Below are positions 37,986 to 47,285 of a DNA stretch of 64,000 nt, in pieces. Source of the DNA: Nannocystis bainbridge (lineage in GTDB: Bacteria > Myxococcota_A > Polyangia > Nannocystales > Nannocystaceae); NCBI RefSeq assembly GCF_028368995.1, contig NZ_JAQNDL010000001.1:3040001-3104000 (forward strand). Direction: 5' to 3'. Under the pieces are notes generated by a model. That model was not told where the DNA came from and made no database searches. It was given only the letters and a program-made list of their open reading frames with translations. Position 1 is the stretch's first letter; each line of letters starts with the position of its first letter. A program made the position numbers and the translations under genes.

Positions 37986-38992
37986 TCGTCTCCACGCTGC
38001 AGGCCCTGCTCGCCCCCCGGCGGCTGGTCCCGATCGTGCTCGTCAGCGTCCCGCTGGTCGTCGCCCAGTACCGCTACTCGCCCGCACGCGACCCTGGCGC
38101 GGTCGTCGTCGGCCTCGCCATGTGCCTCGTGTTCGCGCTGATCGCCCCGTGGCTGTGGCGCGCCACGGCCACCCGCGGCTGGCTCGGCCTCGCGCTCTAC
38201 GGCCTCGTCGGCGCCGCCTTCGTCGCCGTCCTCGGCGTCCTCCTCCCGGCCGTGTTCGGCGTCGGCCGCACCTTCCTCACCGAGGACGCCAGCTTGCTGG
38301 TCGCCCTCGCCCTGTTCCTCGTCGGCGGCTGGGGTCTCGGCCGCGACATCGACCTCGAGGCCAGCCTCGACCGCGAGCGTGCCCGCGTCGGGGCGCTCGC
38401 CCGCGAAGCCGAGCGCGCCCAGCTGCTCGCCCTGCGCAGCCACCTCGACCCGCACTTCCTCTTCAACACCCTCAACGCCATCGCCGAGTGGTGCCGCACC
38501 GACGGCGAAGTCGCCGAGCGCGCCGTCCTGCGCCTGTCCGCCATGCTGCGCACGATCCTCGACGGCGTCCGCCTGCCCGCCTGGTCGCTGCGCCGCGAGC
38601 TCGACCTCTGCCGCGACCTGTTCGCCCTCCACGCCGTGCGCGACCCCGGCCGCTTCGACTGCACCGTCGACGGCGACCCCGGCGACATCGCCGTCCCCCC
38701 GCTGCTGCTGCTGCCGCTGGCCGAGAACGCGATCAAGCACGGCCCGGCCGCCGGCCACCGCGGGCCGGTCCGCATCCACCTGTCCTTGGGGCCATCCGGC
38801 CTGCAGATCGTGATCGACAACCCCGGCCCGTTCACCGGCCCGCGCCCCGGCGGCGAGGGCCTGCACATGGCCCGCCGCCGCCTCGACCTCGCCTACGACG
38901 GCCGCGCCGACCTCGTCATCGGCCCCGCCGACCACGGCACCCGCGCCGTCGTCACCATCCCCACCGGCCCCCCGCCCACGGTGGTCACATGA
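37976..38992 (+). CDS. LytS/YehU-type sensor histidine kinase
   Basis: N-terminal TMs, LDPHFLFNTLNAI, PLAENAIKHG. Confidence 0.9.
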   Translation: MALIVSTLQALLAPRRLVPIVLVSVPLVVAQYRYSPARDPGAVVVGLAMCLVFALIAPWLWRATATRGWLGLALYGLVGAAFVAVLGVLLPAVFGVGRTFLTEDASLLVALALFLVGGWGLGRDIDLEASLDRERARVGALAREAERAQLLALRSHLDPHFLFNTLNAIAEWCRTDGEVAERAVLRLSAMLRTILDGVRLPAWSLRRELDLCRDLFALHAVRDPGRFDCTVDGDPGDIAVPPLLLLPLAENAIKHGPAAGHRGPVRIHLSLGPSGLQIVIDNPGPFTGPRPGGEGLHMARRRLDLAYDGRADLVIGPADHGTRAVVTIPTGPPPTVVT

Positions 38993-39134
38993 GCCGCAGA
39001 ATCAACCTGTCCCTTCAGACACCCACCTATCTTCACCAGGCGCAGCGCCGCCGTGCACAAAGGACATGTCCCCTCGGACATGCGTAACCGCAGCACCTGC
39101 CGACCCGCCGCTCAACCGCCTTCACCACGTCCCG

Positions 39135-39863
39135 ATGACCTCCCTTTTATTAAAAATTCTCGTCGTCGATGACGAGGAGCTGGCGCGGCGGCGGCTGGTC
39201 CGGCTGCTCGCCGACCTCCCTGGCGTCGAGCTCGCGGGCGAGTGTGACGCCGGCCAGGCAGCGCTCGCGCGCCTGCGCGACCCGGAGGCCGAGGTCGACG
39301 TCGTATTGCTCGACATCCGCATGCCCGGCCTCACCGGCCTCGAGACCGCGGCCCTCCTCGGCGACGACGGCCCCTACGTCATCTTCACCACCGCGCACGA
39401 CGAGCACGCCGTCGACGCCTTCGACCTCGGCGTCGTCGACTATCTGTTGAAGCCGATCGAGGCCGTGCGGCTGCACCGCGCGCTCGAGCGGGCGCGTCAG
39501 CGCCTCGGCGGCCAGCGTGGCGGCCCGCGCGAGCTCGTGCGCCTGCCGGTCACCACCCGCGAGGGCATCCTCCTCGTCGACCCGCAGGCCCTGAGCCACG
39601 CCGTGTTCGACGGCGCCCTCGTCACCCTCCACCTCGACGGCCGCACCCTGCTCACCGACCAGAGCTTGCAGGACCTCGAGGACAGGCTGCCCGCCGCCGC
39701 CTTCGAGCGCGTCCACCGGCGCGCCCTCGTCAACCTCGAGAAGATCGAGCGCCTCGAGCCGCTCGACACCGGCGGCTACAACGCCCGCATGCCCGGCGGC
39801 GACCTCGTCCCGATCTCCCGCCAGGCCGCCCGCCGCCTGCGCCGCCGCCTCGGCCTGTCCTGA
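39135..39863 (+). CDS. LytTR family response regulator
   Basis: REC domain (VVDDEELAR, LDIRMPG) plus FERVHRRALVNL LytTR domain. Confidence 0.93.
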   Translation: MTSLLLKILVVDDEELARRRLVRLLADLPGVELAGECDAGQAALARLRDPEAEVDVVLLDIRMPGLTGLETAALLGDDGPYVIFTTAHDEHAVDAFDLGVVDYLLKPIEAVRLHRALERARQRLGGQRGGPRELVRLPVTTREGILLVDPQALSHAVFDGALVTLHLDGRTLLTDQSLQDLEDRLPAAAFERVHRRALVNLEKIERLEPLDTGGYNARMPGGDLVPISRQAARRLRRRLGLS

Positions 39864-39920
39864 AGGACAGCCCGCCGACCGCCGCCGCCTCGGCGGGTCC
39901 TGAAGGACAGCCCGCCGACC
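39841..39920. repeat. 40-bp tandem duplication of the LytTR gene 3' end, containing TGTCC-TGAA-GGACA
   Basis: Two copies, 38 of 40 positions identical. Confidence 0.85.
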
Positions 39921-39999
39921 GCTCGCGCGGACGCCCGGCCCCGCGAGCTCCGTCGCGCCGCGGACCCGACGCGCTCGCAGGGTCGCCACGGCTGCTCCT

Positions 40000-40037
40000 T
40001 CGCATGTCCCAACGGACATGTCCATCAGGACATCGAC
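40000..40037. repeat. 14-bp-phased CATG array
   Basis: CATG at 40003 and 40017, CATC at 40031. Confidence 0.7.
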
Positions 40038-40075
40038 CGCCGCCGTTCACCCCAGTCCGCGCGCAGCCGACCCTG

Positions 40076-40999
40076 TCACGCCGGCACCGGGCCGAACTTG
40101 CCGAGCTCGAAGTCGCGGACCGCGGCCGCCAGCTCGCTGCGGGTGTTCATCACGAACGGCCCGTACGACGCGATCGGCTCGTCGATGGGCTCACCGGCCA
40201 GGACCACCAGATGCGCGTCGTCCTTGGCCACCAGCTCGACGAACGCCCCCGAGTTCTCGAACACCAGCAGCTCGCCGTCGCGGGCGTGCTCGCTGCCCGA
40301 CTTCGCGTGGCCCGACTCGACCAGCACCAGCGCGTTGTGGTGCTCCGGCAGCGGCACGCGCACGCGGTGCCTCGCCCGCAGCTCGACGTCGAGCAGCGTG
40401 ATCGGCGTGTGCGTGCGCGCCGGTCCGCGGGCCCCCGCGAACTCGCCGGCGATCACCCGCACGCGGCCCGCGTCGTCGTCGAGTTCGACGCTCGGGATGT
40501 CGGCCGCGGTGATCGGTTGATACCCCGGCTCGCTCATCTTCAGCCGCGCCGGCAGGTTGACCCACAGCTGCAAGAAGCGCACGGCACCGCCGCGGCGGGC
40601 GAACTCCTGCTCGTGATACTCCTCGTGCAGGATGCCCCCGGCCGCCGTCATCCACTGGACATCACCGGGCCCGATGATCCCCGAATGCCCGGCCGTGTCG
40701 CGGTGCGCGATCGTGCCTTCCCACGCCAGGCTCACCGTCTCGAACCCGCGATGCGGATGCCAGCCGACGCCGCGCCGCCCCTGCGTCAGCGCCGGATAGG
40801 CCTGCCGCGGGTGATGGTCGAGCAACAGGAACGGGCTCACCCGCTCCATCGGCAAGCTGCGGCTCGGGAACACCCCGCGCACTTGAAATCCATCGCCGAC
40901 CCAGTGCATCGGGCCGCCGCGGTGCACGGCCTCGACGCGGCGGGCTCGCCCCGGGAGTTCGAGGCCAGGAAGGGTCGGAGTCGTGATCGTCGTGTCCAT
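40076..40999 (-). CDS. pirin family protein
   Basis: PFLLLDH, HPHRGFETV, QWMTAAGGILHEE, GPFVMNT. Confidence 0.93.
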   Translation of the reverse strand: MDTTITTPTLPGLELPGRARRVEAVHRGGPMHWVGDGFQVRGVFPSRSLPMERVSPFLLLDHHPRQAYPALTQGRRGVGWHPHRGFETVSLAWEGTIAHRDTAGHSGIIGPGDVQWMTAAGGILHEEYHEQEFARRGGAVRFLQLWVNLPARLKMSEPGYQPITAADIPSVELDDDAGRVRVIAGEFAGARGPARTHTPITLLDVELRARHRVRVPLPEHHNALVLVESGHAKSGSEHARDGELLVFENSGAFVELVAKDDAHLVVLAGEPIDEPIASYGPFVMNTRSELAAAVRDFELGKFGPVPA

Positions 41000-41145
41000 G
41001 GTCCGACATCATGACGCCGCGCCTCGCCAGCGGAACTGCGCCGCAGGTGATGCCCGCCATCACCCGAGGTGATGCCCCGAATTCACGCCACAACCCCCGC
41101 GCTGCCGCAGTGGCACGAATCGACGGATCGCCAGCACACGCGGCT

Positions 41146-42072
41146 TCACGCCGCGGCCGTCGATCCACGCAGCGCCAGGCGACACAGATCGGTCAGCCGA
41201 TCGACCGCCCAGCCCGCGACCGGCCCGAGCGGCGACCGCTTGCGTCGCACCAGCGTCAGCTGTCGCAGCGGCGGCGCGTCGCCCCACGCGGCCAGGTTCA
41301 GCGCCACCAGCTCCCCGCGACCCATCGCCTCGCGCACCAGGTGCTCGGGCTCGTGACCCCAACCGAGCCCGCCGACGATCAGCGCGTGCTTCGTCGAGAG
41401 ATCGGCCACGCGCCACGTCCGCGCCGACAGCACCCCGCGATTGGCCGAACCGCGCCCGTCGGCCGCGCGCTCGCTGAGCACGATCTGCACCGCCGACCCC
41501 AGCGCCGCGTCGTCGATCGGCCCCACGATCGCGGCCAGCGGGTGCGACGGCGCCGCGACGGCGATCATCTTCAAATCGGCCAGCTGGCGCTGCTCGAGCC
41601 CCCTGAGGTCCGCGTCGATGCCGGCGATCCCCAGCGTCGCCCGGCGCTCGCGCACCATCGCCGTCACGGCGTCGAGCATCTCGGTGGCGATCGTCAGCTC
41701 GACCCCCGGGTGCGCCGCCGCGAACTCGCGGGCGAAGCCGACCAGCGCCGCGCTCGGGAACATGGCGTCGACCACCAGCGAGAGCCGCGTCTCCTCGCCC
41801 CGCTGCAGCCGCGCCACCACGGCCTCGACGGCCTCGAAGTCGGCGTGGATCTGCTCGGCGGCCGCCACCAGCGCCGCCCCGTGCTCGGTCAGCACCGGCA
41901 CGCGCCCCGTCCTGTCGAACAACTTCAGCTGGAGCTGCGCCTCGAGCCGCTGGATCGACTGACTGACCGCCGCCTGCACCCGCCCGAGCTGGCGCGCCGC
42001 CGCGGTGAAGCTGCCGGCCTCGGCGACGGCGCGGAGGGTGCGGAGCTGGTCGATGCTGATCGCCTCGAGCAC
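41146..42072 (-). CDS. LysR family transcriptional regulator
   Basis: GSFTAAARQLGRVQAAVSQSIQRLE..LFDR HTH. Confidence 0.92.
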   Translation of the reverse strand: MLEAISIDQLRTLRAVAEAGSFTAAARQLGRVQAAVSQSIQRLEAQLQLKLFDRTGRVPVLTEHGAALVAAAEQIHADFEAVEAVVARLQRGEETRLSLVVDAMFPSAALVGFAREFAAAHPGVELTIATEMLDAVTAMVRERRATLGIAGIDADLRGLEQRQLADLKMIAVAAPSHPLAAIVGPIDDAALGSAVQIVLSERAADGRGSANRGVLSARTWRVADLSTKHALIVGGLGWGHEPEHLVREAMGRGELVALNLAAWGDAPPLRQLTLVRRKRSPLGPVAGWAVDRLTDLCRLALRGSTAAA

Positions 42073-42146
42073 GATCCGCAGTGCACCACATCTTGCGCCG
42101 TTTTACACGCGCCGCCGGGCCCAGGGCGCGAGCGCCCCGGCAAAAA

Positions 42147-42220
42147 TCAAATGTCCCGGCGGACATGTCGCTCGGGACCCGCGGGCCCTGGACAATCAAC
42201 ATGTCCGTTCGGACATGTCC
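42147..42220. repeat. two pairs of 14-bp-phased units
   Basis: AATG 42150/CATG 42164; CATG 42200/42214. Confidence 0.7.
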
Positions 42221-42592
42221 TCAGATACTGCCCGCGAGCACCGCCTTGCAGCTGCCCGCCTCGCACGCGCAGTGGCCCCCGCAGTCCATCGTGTTCGGCG
42301 CGCACTGCATCGTGCACATCACGTCGGTGCAGTCCGGCTTCTGCGCCGCGGGCACGCAGCTCGCGGGGTGGCAGCACGAGGCCGGCACGCAGTCCGCGTC
42401 GACCTTGCAGGTGCCCTCGACCTCGCCGCCCTCGGCGCCCGCGGTCACCGGCTTCGGCGGCTCGCTGACGGGCGGAGGCTCGGTCGCCGGCTCGGCCGCG
42501 GGCTTCGGCTGGCAGGCCGCGACCAGGGCGAGCAACGCCGCCCCGAGGCAGCGGGACGGCACGGAGAGGTCCTTCGAGAGACGGGCAAGCAT
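42221..42592 (-). CDS. small Cys-rich lipoprotein
   Basis: LVAAC lipobox; CxxDADCVPASCCHPASCV..CTMQC. Confidence 0.75.
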   Translation of the reverse strand: MLARLSKDLSVPSRCLGAALLALVAACQPKPAAEPATEPPPVSEPPKPVTAGAEGGEVEGTCKVDADCVPASCCHPASCVPAAQKPDCTDVMCTMQCAPNTMDCGGHCACEAGSCKAVLAGSI

Positions 42593-42742
42593 GCGCCCCT
42601 GTATGCCGCCGAACCCGGCCGCGTTCCACCACCGACTCGCCCGATCGGGCGTGCCGGGCTCGACCGCAGCCGGCCGCGGTCGAGCCCGGCGCGCCCGCGC
42701 AGCCCCTCGCGGAGGACGCGCGGGCCCACCCGGACGCGCCGC

Positions 42743-44185
42743 CTACTGCCCGCCGAACACCGCCAGCGCAGCCGCGGCCTTGCGCACCGCGTCCCGGTCC
42801 GGCGTCTCCGCGAACATCTCACGCAGCGGCAGGTCGACCAGCGTCAGTGTCTGCCTGTCCAAAATCAACGTGCACTCCCCGTGCGCCGCCTCGACCTTGT
42901 GCGCCAGCTCGGAGGTGATGACCCACCCGTGCGCCTCGAGCCGCGACACGCACTGCGCCGGCACGCAGCCCGCACGCAGCGCGAACGTGATGCGCTCCGG
43001 TCGGAGTTGCAGGCACTCGAGCAGATCGGCCACGAGCCCCGGCGCGTCGAGCCAGGCCGGCCGCAGCGACAGGTCCTCGACCAGGACCCCGCGCAGCTTC
43101 TCCGTCGCCTCGTAGCGGACGCTGTAGTGGCCGTCGGGGAAGCTGACGCCGCTGCCCTCGACGGACACCGCCGACGACGCCCACTTGAAGCGCGCGCGCA
43201 GCCGGCTGACCACGCGCCCGAGCTCCTCCTCCAGGTGCTCGCCGAGCGCCGCGTTCGCGCGCGTCTCGAGGTACGCCTGCGAATAATGGGTGCGCGACAG
43301 CCCGGTCAAGACCTCCTTGACGAGGATCTGCCGCGCGCCGACCGACATCTCCACCGTGTCGAACAGTCGACCATCGATGCCGAGCGCGCCCTGGCTCAAG
43401 ATCGGGCCGCTGAAGTCCGCGAGCACCAGCGCCTCGTCGGACGCGTCATGCAGTGACAGCACCGAGCGCGTCGAGGGGGCCCATCGGTGGATCTGCGCCG
43501 CCAAGAATTCGTGGAGGCGCGAGACGGTCAACATCCGCTCGACCAGCGCCCCCGGCTCCTCGCCGCGCAGGGCCGGCAGCAACAGCGCGGTGAACAGGCC
43601 GTGCTGCGGGTTCGGCGATCGCGTCGGCGCGCTCTCGGCCGACATCGCCAGGATCGTCACCCCCTCGAGGGTGCGCAGCGACGCGTCGAACGCCTCGGGG
43701 GCCGTCGGGCGCGCATCGAGCACGATGAGCTTCTGCTCGGCGGGCGAGCTGGCGAGGATCTCCGCGACCACGGACAGCGACACCAGGCAGCTCGCATCGT
43801 CGTCCGCGAAAGCGTCCTGCGGCACCAGATAGGCCGCGGGATCGCCGACGAGGTGGTGCCCGCGACCGCTGAAGTAGAAGATCACCCGGTCACCCGCGGC
43901 GCTCGACCGGACCAGCTCTCGCAGCGCCTTGACGATCGCGCCGCGCGACGGCGTCGCCCCTCGCCCCGACACCAGCGCCTTGACGCCCTCGAGGTCGGCC
44001 TCGAGCTGCGGCACGTCGCGGAAGCAGTCCGCGAACCCGAGCGCGTCGTTGCGGCAGGTCGTCAGCGGCTCGAAGCCGCAGTCGCGGTCGTAATCGTCGA
44101 TCCCGACGGCGAGCACCCTGGCCCGTCCGGGCGCGGCCTGCCCGCTCAGGGCCTCGCGCTGCCGCTGGGAGAGTCCGCCCGGCAT
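42743..44185 (-). CDS. caspase-like (peptidase C14) domain protein, catalytic dyad apparently lost
   Basis: VLAVGIDDY, NDA, FYFSGRG, LVPQD, IVLDARP, HGLFTALLLPAL. Confidence 0.8.
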   Translation of the reverse strand: MPGGLSQRQREALSGQAAPGRARVLAVGIDDYDRDCGFEPLTTCRNDALGFADCFRDVPQLEADLEGVKALVSGRGATPSRGAIVKALRELVRSSAAGDRVIFYFSGRGHHLVGDPAAYLVPQDAFADDDASCLVSLSVVAEILASSPAEQKLIVLDARPTAPEAFDASLRTLEGVTILAMSAESAPTRSPNPQHGLFTALLLPALRGEEPGALVERMLTVSRLHEFLAAQIHRWAPSTRSVLSLHDASDEALVLADFSGPILSQGALGIDGRLFDTVEMSVGARQILVKEVLTGLSRTHYSQAYLETRANAALGEHLEEELGRVVSRLRARFKWASSAVSVEGSGVSFPDGHYSVRYEATEKLRGVLVEDLSLRPAWLDAPGLVADLLECLQLRPERITFALRAGCVPAQCVSRLEAHGWVITSELAHKVEAAHGECTLILDRQTLTLVDLPLREMFAETPDRDAVRKAAAALAVFGGQ

Positions 44186-44332
44186 GGGAGCGGGCTGCCT
44201 AGCACGGCGCCCAACCGCGAGCAACCACGCGGCCCGGGGCTCGCGTGGCGTGCCGTGCGCCCGGCGCGAGCCCGGCCGTCCGCAGACCGCTCGCACCTGA
44301 GTTTCCGAGATGTCTCAAAAGACAGCTTGTGT

Positions 44333-44764
44333 TCACACGCCGGTGCGCACCAGCGCCGGCCGCTCGGGGTCAGCCCCCGGCAGCGTCGCCGCCTCGGCCA
44401 GCGCCGCCGTCACCTCGTCCGCCCGCGCCCCGCCGAACTCCGCGTCGGCCAGCAGGCGCACCAGCGGATGCGTCGCCCCGCGAGCGGCCGCCCGCCACGC
44501 CTGCGTGCTCGCGCCCACCGTCACCGCGTCGATCGTGCCCGCCGCCTGCAGCGCGCGCAGGTGAGCCACCACCAGCCCGCGGACCTCGTCGCACAGCCAG
44601 TCCCAGTCGACCTCCCAGTCGCGGACCAGCGCGCGCAGCTCGGGCTCGGGCAGCGGCACCGCGTAGAGCTCGAAGCCCCGCGGGTACGCCGACACGTGGG
44701 CCTCGGCCGCTGCAGAGGCGAGCGCGCGCAGCGGCGCGGCGAGGGCATCGAGCAGGTCCTGCAC
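44333..44764 (-). CDS. hypothetical protein
   Basis: Co-oriented ORF with plausible composition; GTG start. Confidence 0.5.
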   Translation of the reverse strand: MQDLLDALAAPLRALASAAAEAHVSAYPRGFELYAVPLPEPELRALVRDWEVDWDWLCDEVRGLVVAHLRALQAAGTIDAVTVGASTQAWRAAARGATHPLVRLLADAEFGGARADEVTAALAEAATLPGADPERPALVRTGV

Positions 44765-44805
44765 GCGCGAAGGTTACCCGATCGGGAACACGAGCCTTCC
44801 CCAGT

Positions 44806-45207
44806 TCACAGCGGCGCGTACACGTCCGCCTCGATCTCGATCAGCATCGCCGGATCGATCAGCCGCCGCACCTCGACCATCGTCGTCGTCGGTCGGTCCT
44901 CTTTAAAAAATTCCGCGTGGGCGCGCCCGTACTCGGCCCAGCGGTCGATCTCCGTCACGAACATCCGCGTCCGCACGATCCGTGTCCGGTCCGTCCCGAA
45001 CGGTCGCAGCGCCTGCTCGATCAGCTCCAGGCAGCGGCGAGCCTGCGCGTACGCGTCGCCCGGCGCGAACACCCCCGCGCCGCTCGCGTCGATCGGCGCC
45101 GTGCCTGTCACGAAGATCAGGTCGCCGGCTCGCAGCGCCCGGCAGTAGCCGACTTGCTGCTCCCACGGCGCCTGCGAGTAGACCCGCTCGAAGTCCTTCT
45201 GGCTCAC
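44806..45207 (-). CDS. RidA/YjgF family protein
   Basis: WEQQVGYCRA, VRTRMFVT, RPTTTMVEVRRLIDP..IEIEADV. Confidence 0.9.
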   Translation of the reverse strand: MSQKDFERVYSQAPWEQQVGYCRALRAGDLIFVTGTAPIDASGAGVFAPGDAYAQARRCLELIEQALRPFGTDRTRIVRTRMFVTEIDRWAEYGRAHAEFFKEDRPTTTMVEVRRLIDPAMLIEIEADVYAPL

Positions 45208-45211
45208 GCGC

Positions 45212-45922
45212 TCACGCTAACACGGGCGCGGCGGCCTGGGTCTCGCACACCCGTCGCCGCACCCCGGTGACGAGGCTCCACAGCCGCCGCGGCGCCCCCT
45301 CGATCGCCAGCGCGCGCAGCGTCGCTCGGTGATCGATCAGCACCAGCGTGCACGCGGCCGCGGCCACCACGAACCACACCGCGCTGAAGATCGCCCGCCG
45401 CCACGGCGACGCCGTCTGTTGGCGGAAGAATCCGCAGTGGAACTCGAGGTGGGCCTCCTCGTCGCCGCAGATCTCCCGCAGCACCTGTCCCATCGAACAG
45501 GTCCCCAATCGCTCCGCGATCATCCCGTAGAAGCCGATGCCGATGACCTCGGCCACCAGCAGCACCAGCAGCTTGAGTCGCAGCCCCAGCAGCCGGCGCC
45601 CGTGCACGAACAGGCGGTCGGTCCACGCCGAGCCGCGCAGCGATCCTCCCAGGGCGCGCACCATCGCCGCCAGGATCCGCGCATGCCGGCCCTCTTCCTT
45701 GACGAACAGCTTCAGCGCCGCCCGATAGTCGGCGTCGACGCCTGCCAGGTGCGAGCGCTCGATCTCGCGGACGATCCGCCCCTCACCGCTCTCGCCGACC
45801 TGGAAGATCGCCAGCGACCGGCACAGCGGCGCCTGCCAGCGCGGCGGCACCCCTGCGGCCTCGACCACCGGCAACGGCCTGCGCGCGTTCTCTTCGAAGT
45901 GCTGTCTCCACGGGCTCCACAT
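45212..45922 (-). CDS. ferritin-like (di-iron ExxH) domain protein
   Basis: FQVGESGEG, KEEGRH, AEVIG, DEEAH; C-terminal hydrophobic segment. Confidence 0.75.
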   Translation of the reverse strand: MWSPWRQHFEENARRPLPVVEAAGVPPRWQAPLCRSLAIFQVGESGEGRIVREIERSHLAGVDADYRAALKLFVKEEGRHARILAAMVRALGGSLRGSAWTDRLFVHGRRLLGLRLKLLVLLVAEVIGIGFYGMIAERLGTCSMGQVLREICGDEEAHLEFHCGFFRQQTASPWRRAIFSAVWFVVAAAACTLVLIDHRATLRALAIEGAPRRLWSLVTGVRRRVCETQAAAPVLA

Positions 45923-45984
45923 GCGAGCGCCTCCTGCGCTCGCTCATACGCCCGGGCTTGGGTGCATCGTGCCCGTCAACCCAG

Positions 45985-46058
45985 CGAACGGTCGCAACCG
46001 CGGGGCGAACGGTCGCCTCGCCGCGGCCTCCACTTCACCACCCGCAGCGAACGGCCCG
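45985..46058 (-). promoter_or_regulatory. LytTR-type direct repeat GCGACCGTTCG x2 plus a degenerate third copy, 21-bp phase
   Basis: Reverse-complement copies at 45985 and 46006, partial at 46048; upstream of the ferritin-like gene. Confidence 0.65.
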
Positions 46059-46169
46059 CCGCGCTCGCCACCGCGACCTCCGCTTCACTCACCCCTCGCA
46101 TCATCGCGCCCCGCGACCTGCCGACATCCCCGCGAAGGTGCCGGCCCGTCGCTCGCGGTCACCCGCCGC

Positions 46170-47033
46170 TCACCACTTGTAAAAACCTTCGCCCGACTTC
46201 TTCCCGAGCTTGCCTGCCGCCACCATCTCGCGGAGCAGCGCCGGCGGGCGGAAGTGGTCGCCCTGTTGCAGGTTGGCCGCCAGGTACTCGGCAATGTTGA
46301 GGCGCACGTCGAGCCCGACCAGGTCGGTCAGCTTGAGCGGGCCCATCGGGAAGCCGTAGCCGAGGCACATCGCCTTGTCGATGTCCTCTGCCGACGCCAC
46401 CTGCTCCTCGACCATGCGGATCGCCTCGAGCCCGATCACCAGGCCCAGGCGGCTGGTCGCGAAGCCGGGCGAGTCGCGGACCACGATGCAGTCCTTGCCG
46501 AGCTTCGCGCCCCAGCCTTGCACCGCCGCCAGCACCTCCGGCGCGGTCTGCTGCCCGACCACGATCTCGAGCAGCTTCATCACGTGCACCGGGTTGAAGA
46601 AATGCGTCCCGATCACCCGCTCCGGGTGGGGCAGCCCGGCCGCGATCGCCGTCACGCTGAGCGAGCTGGTGTTGGTCGCCAGCACCGCCGTCGACGCCAC
46701 GTGCGCCGCCACCTTCGTGAACAGCTCCTGCTTCAGCGCCAGCTTCTCGGGCACCGCCTCGACCACGAGATCGGCGCCGGTGACGGCCGCCGCCAGCTCG
46801 GTCTCGCCGCGCAGGGCCGCCAGCGTGGCCGTCCGCTGGGCCTCGGTGACCTTGCCCTTGGCCACCCCGCCGTCGAGGTTGGCGCGGATCTTCGTCAGCC
46901 CGGTCTCGACCAGGTCGGCGCGCACGTCGTAGAGGCGGGTCTCGAAGCCGGCGGCGGCGGCGACCTGGGCGATCCCGTGGCCCATGGTGCCGGCGCCGAT
47001 CACGGCGACCGTGGAGATTGCGGACGCAGTCAT
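46170..47033 (-). CDS. 3-hydroxyacyl(butyryl)-CoA dehydrogenase
   Basis: VIGAGTMGHGIAQ, ATNTSSL, HFFNP, PMGPLKLTDLVGLD. Confidence 0.93.
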   Translation of the reverse strand: MTASAISTVAVIGAGTMGHGIAQVAAAAGFETRLYDVRADLVETGLTKIRANLDGGVAKGKVTEAQRTATLAALRGETELAAAVTGADLVVEAVPEKLALKQELFTKVAAHVASTAVLATNTSSLSVTAIAAGLPHPERVIGTHFFNPVHVMKLLEIVVGQQTAPEVLAAVQGWGAKLGKDCIVVRDSPGFATSRLGLVIGLEAIRMVEEQVASAEDIDKAMCLGYGFPMGPLKLTDLVGLDVRLNIAEYLAANLQQGDHFRPPALLREMVAAGKLGKKSGEGFYKW

Positions 47034-47122
47034 GGCGCGGGTTATAGCCCGACCGCGCCGCCCGCGAACCCGCGAAACTCGCCGGCTCGCGTGAGGCGCG
47101 GCGACCTGCGGGTCGCGCGACC

Positions 47123-47155
47123 AAAACAAAAACGCCGAGGAGAGCGTCCTCGGCG
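47123..47155 (-). terminator. rho-independent terminator after tRNA-Leu
   Basis: Minus strand CGCCGAGGA-CGCTC-TCCTCGGCG followed by TTTTTGTTTT. Confidence 0.8.
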
Positions 47156-47240
47156 TGGTGCGAAGGGAGGGACTCGAACCCTCACAGGTTACCCCACCAG
47201 ATCCTTAGTCTGGCGCGTCTACCAATTCCGCCACCTTCGC
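47156..47240 (-). tRNA. tRNA-Leu with anticodon AAG
   Basis: GCGAAGG/CCTTCGC acceptor plus ACCA, D-arm GCGGAATTGGTAGACGC, CCAGA-CTAAGGA-TCTGG, long variable arm, GAGGG-TTCGAGT-CCCTC. Confidence 0.92.
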
Positions 47241-47285
47241 GTGCGTGGCCTCCCCATGGGCTTCCCCAAGGGGAGGCGGTGTGTA

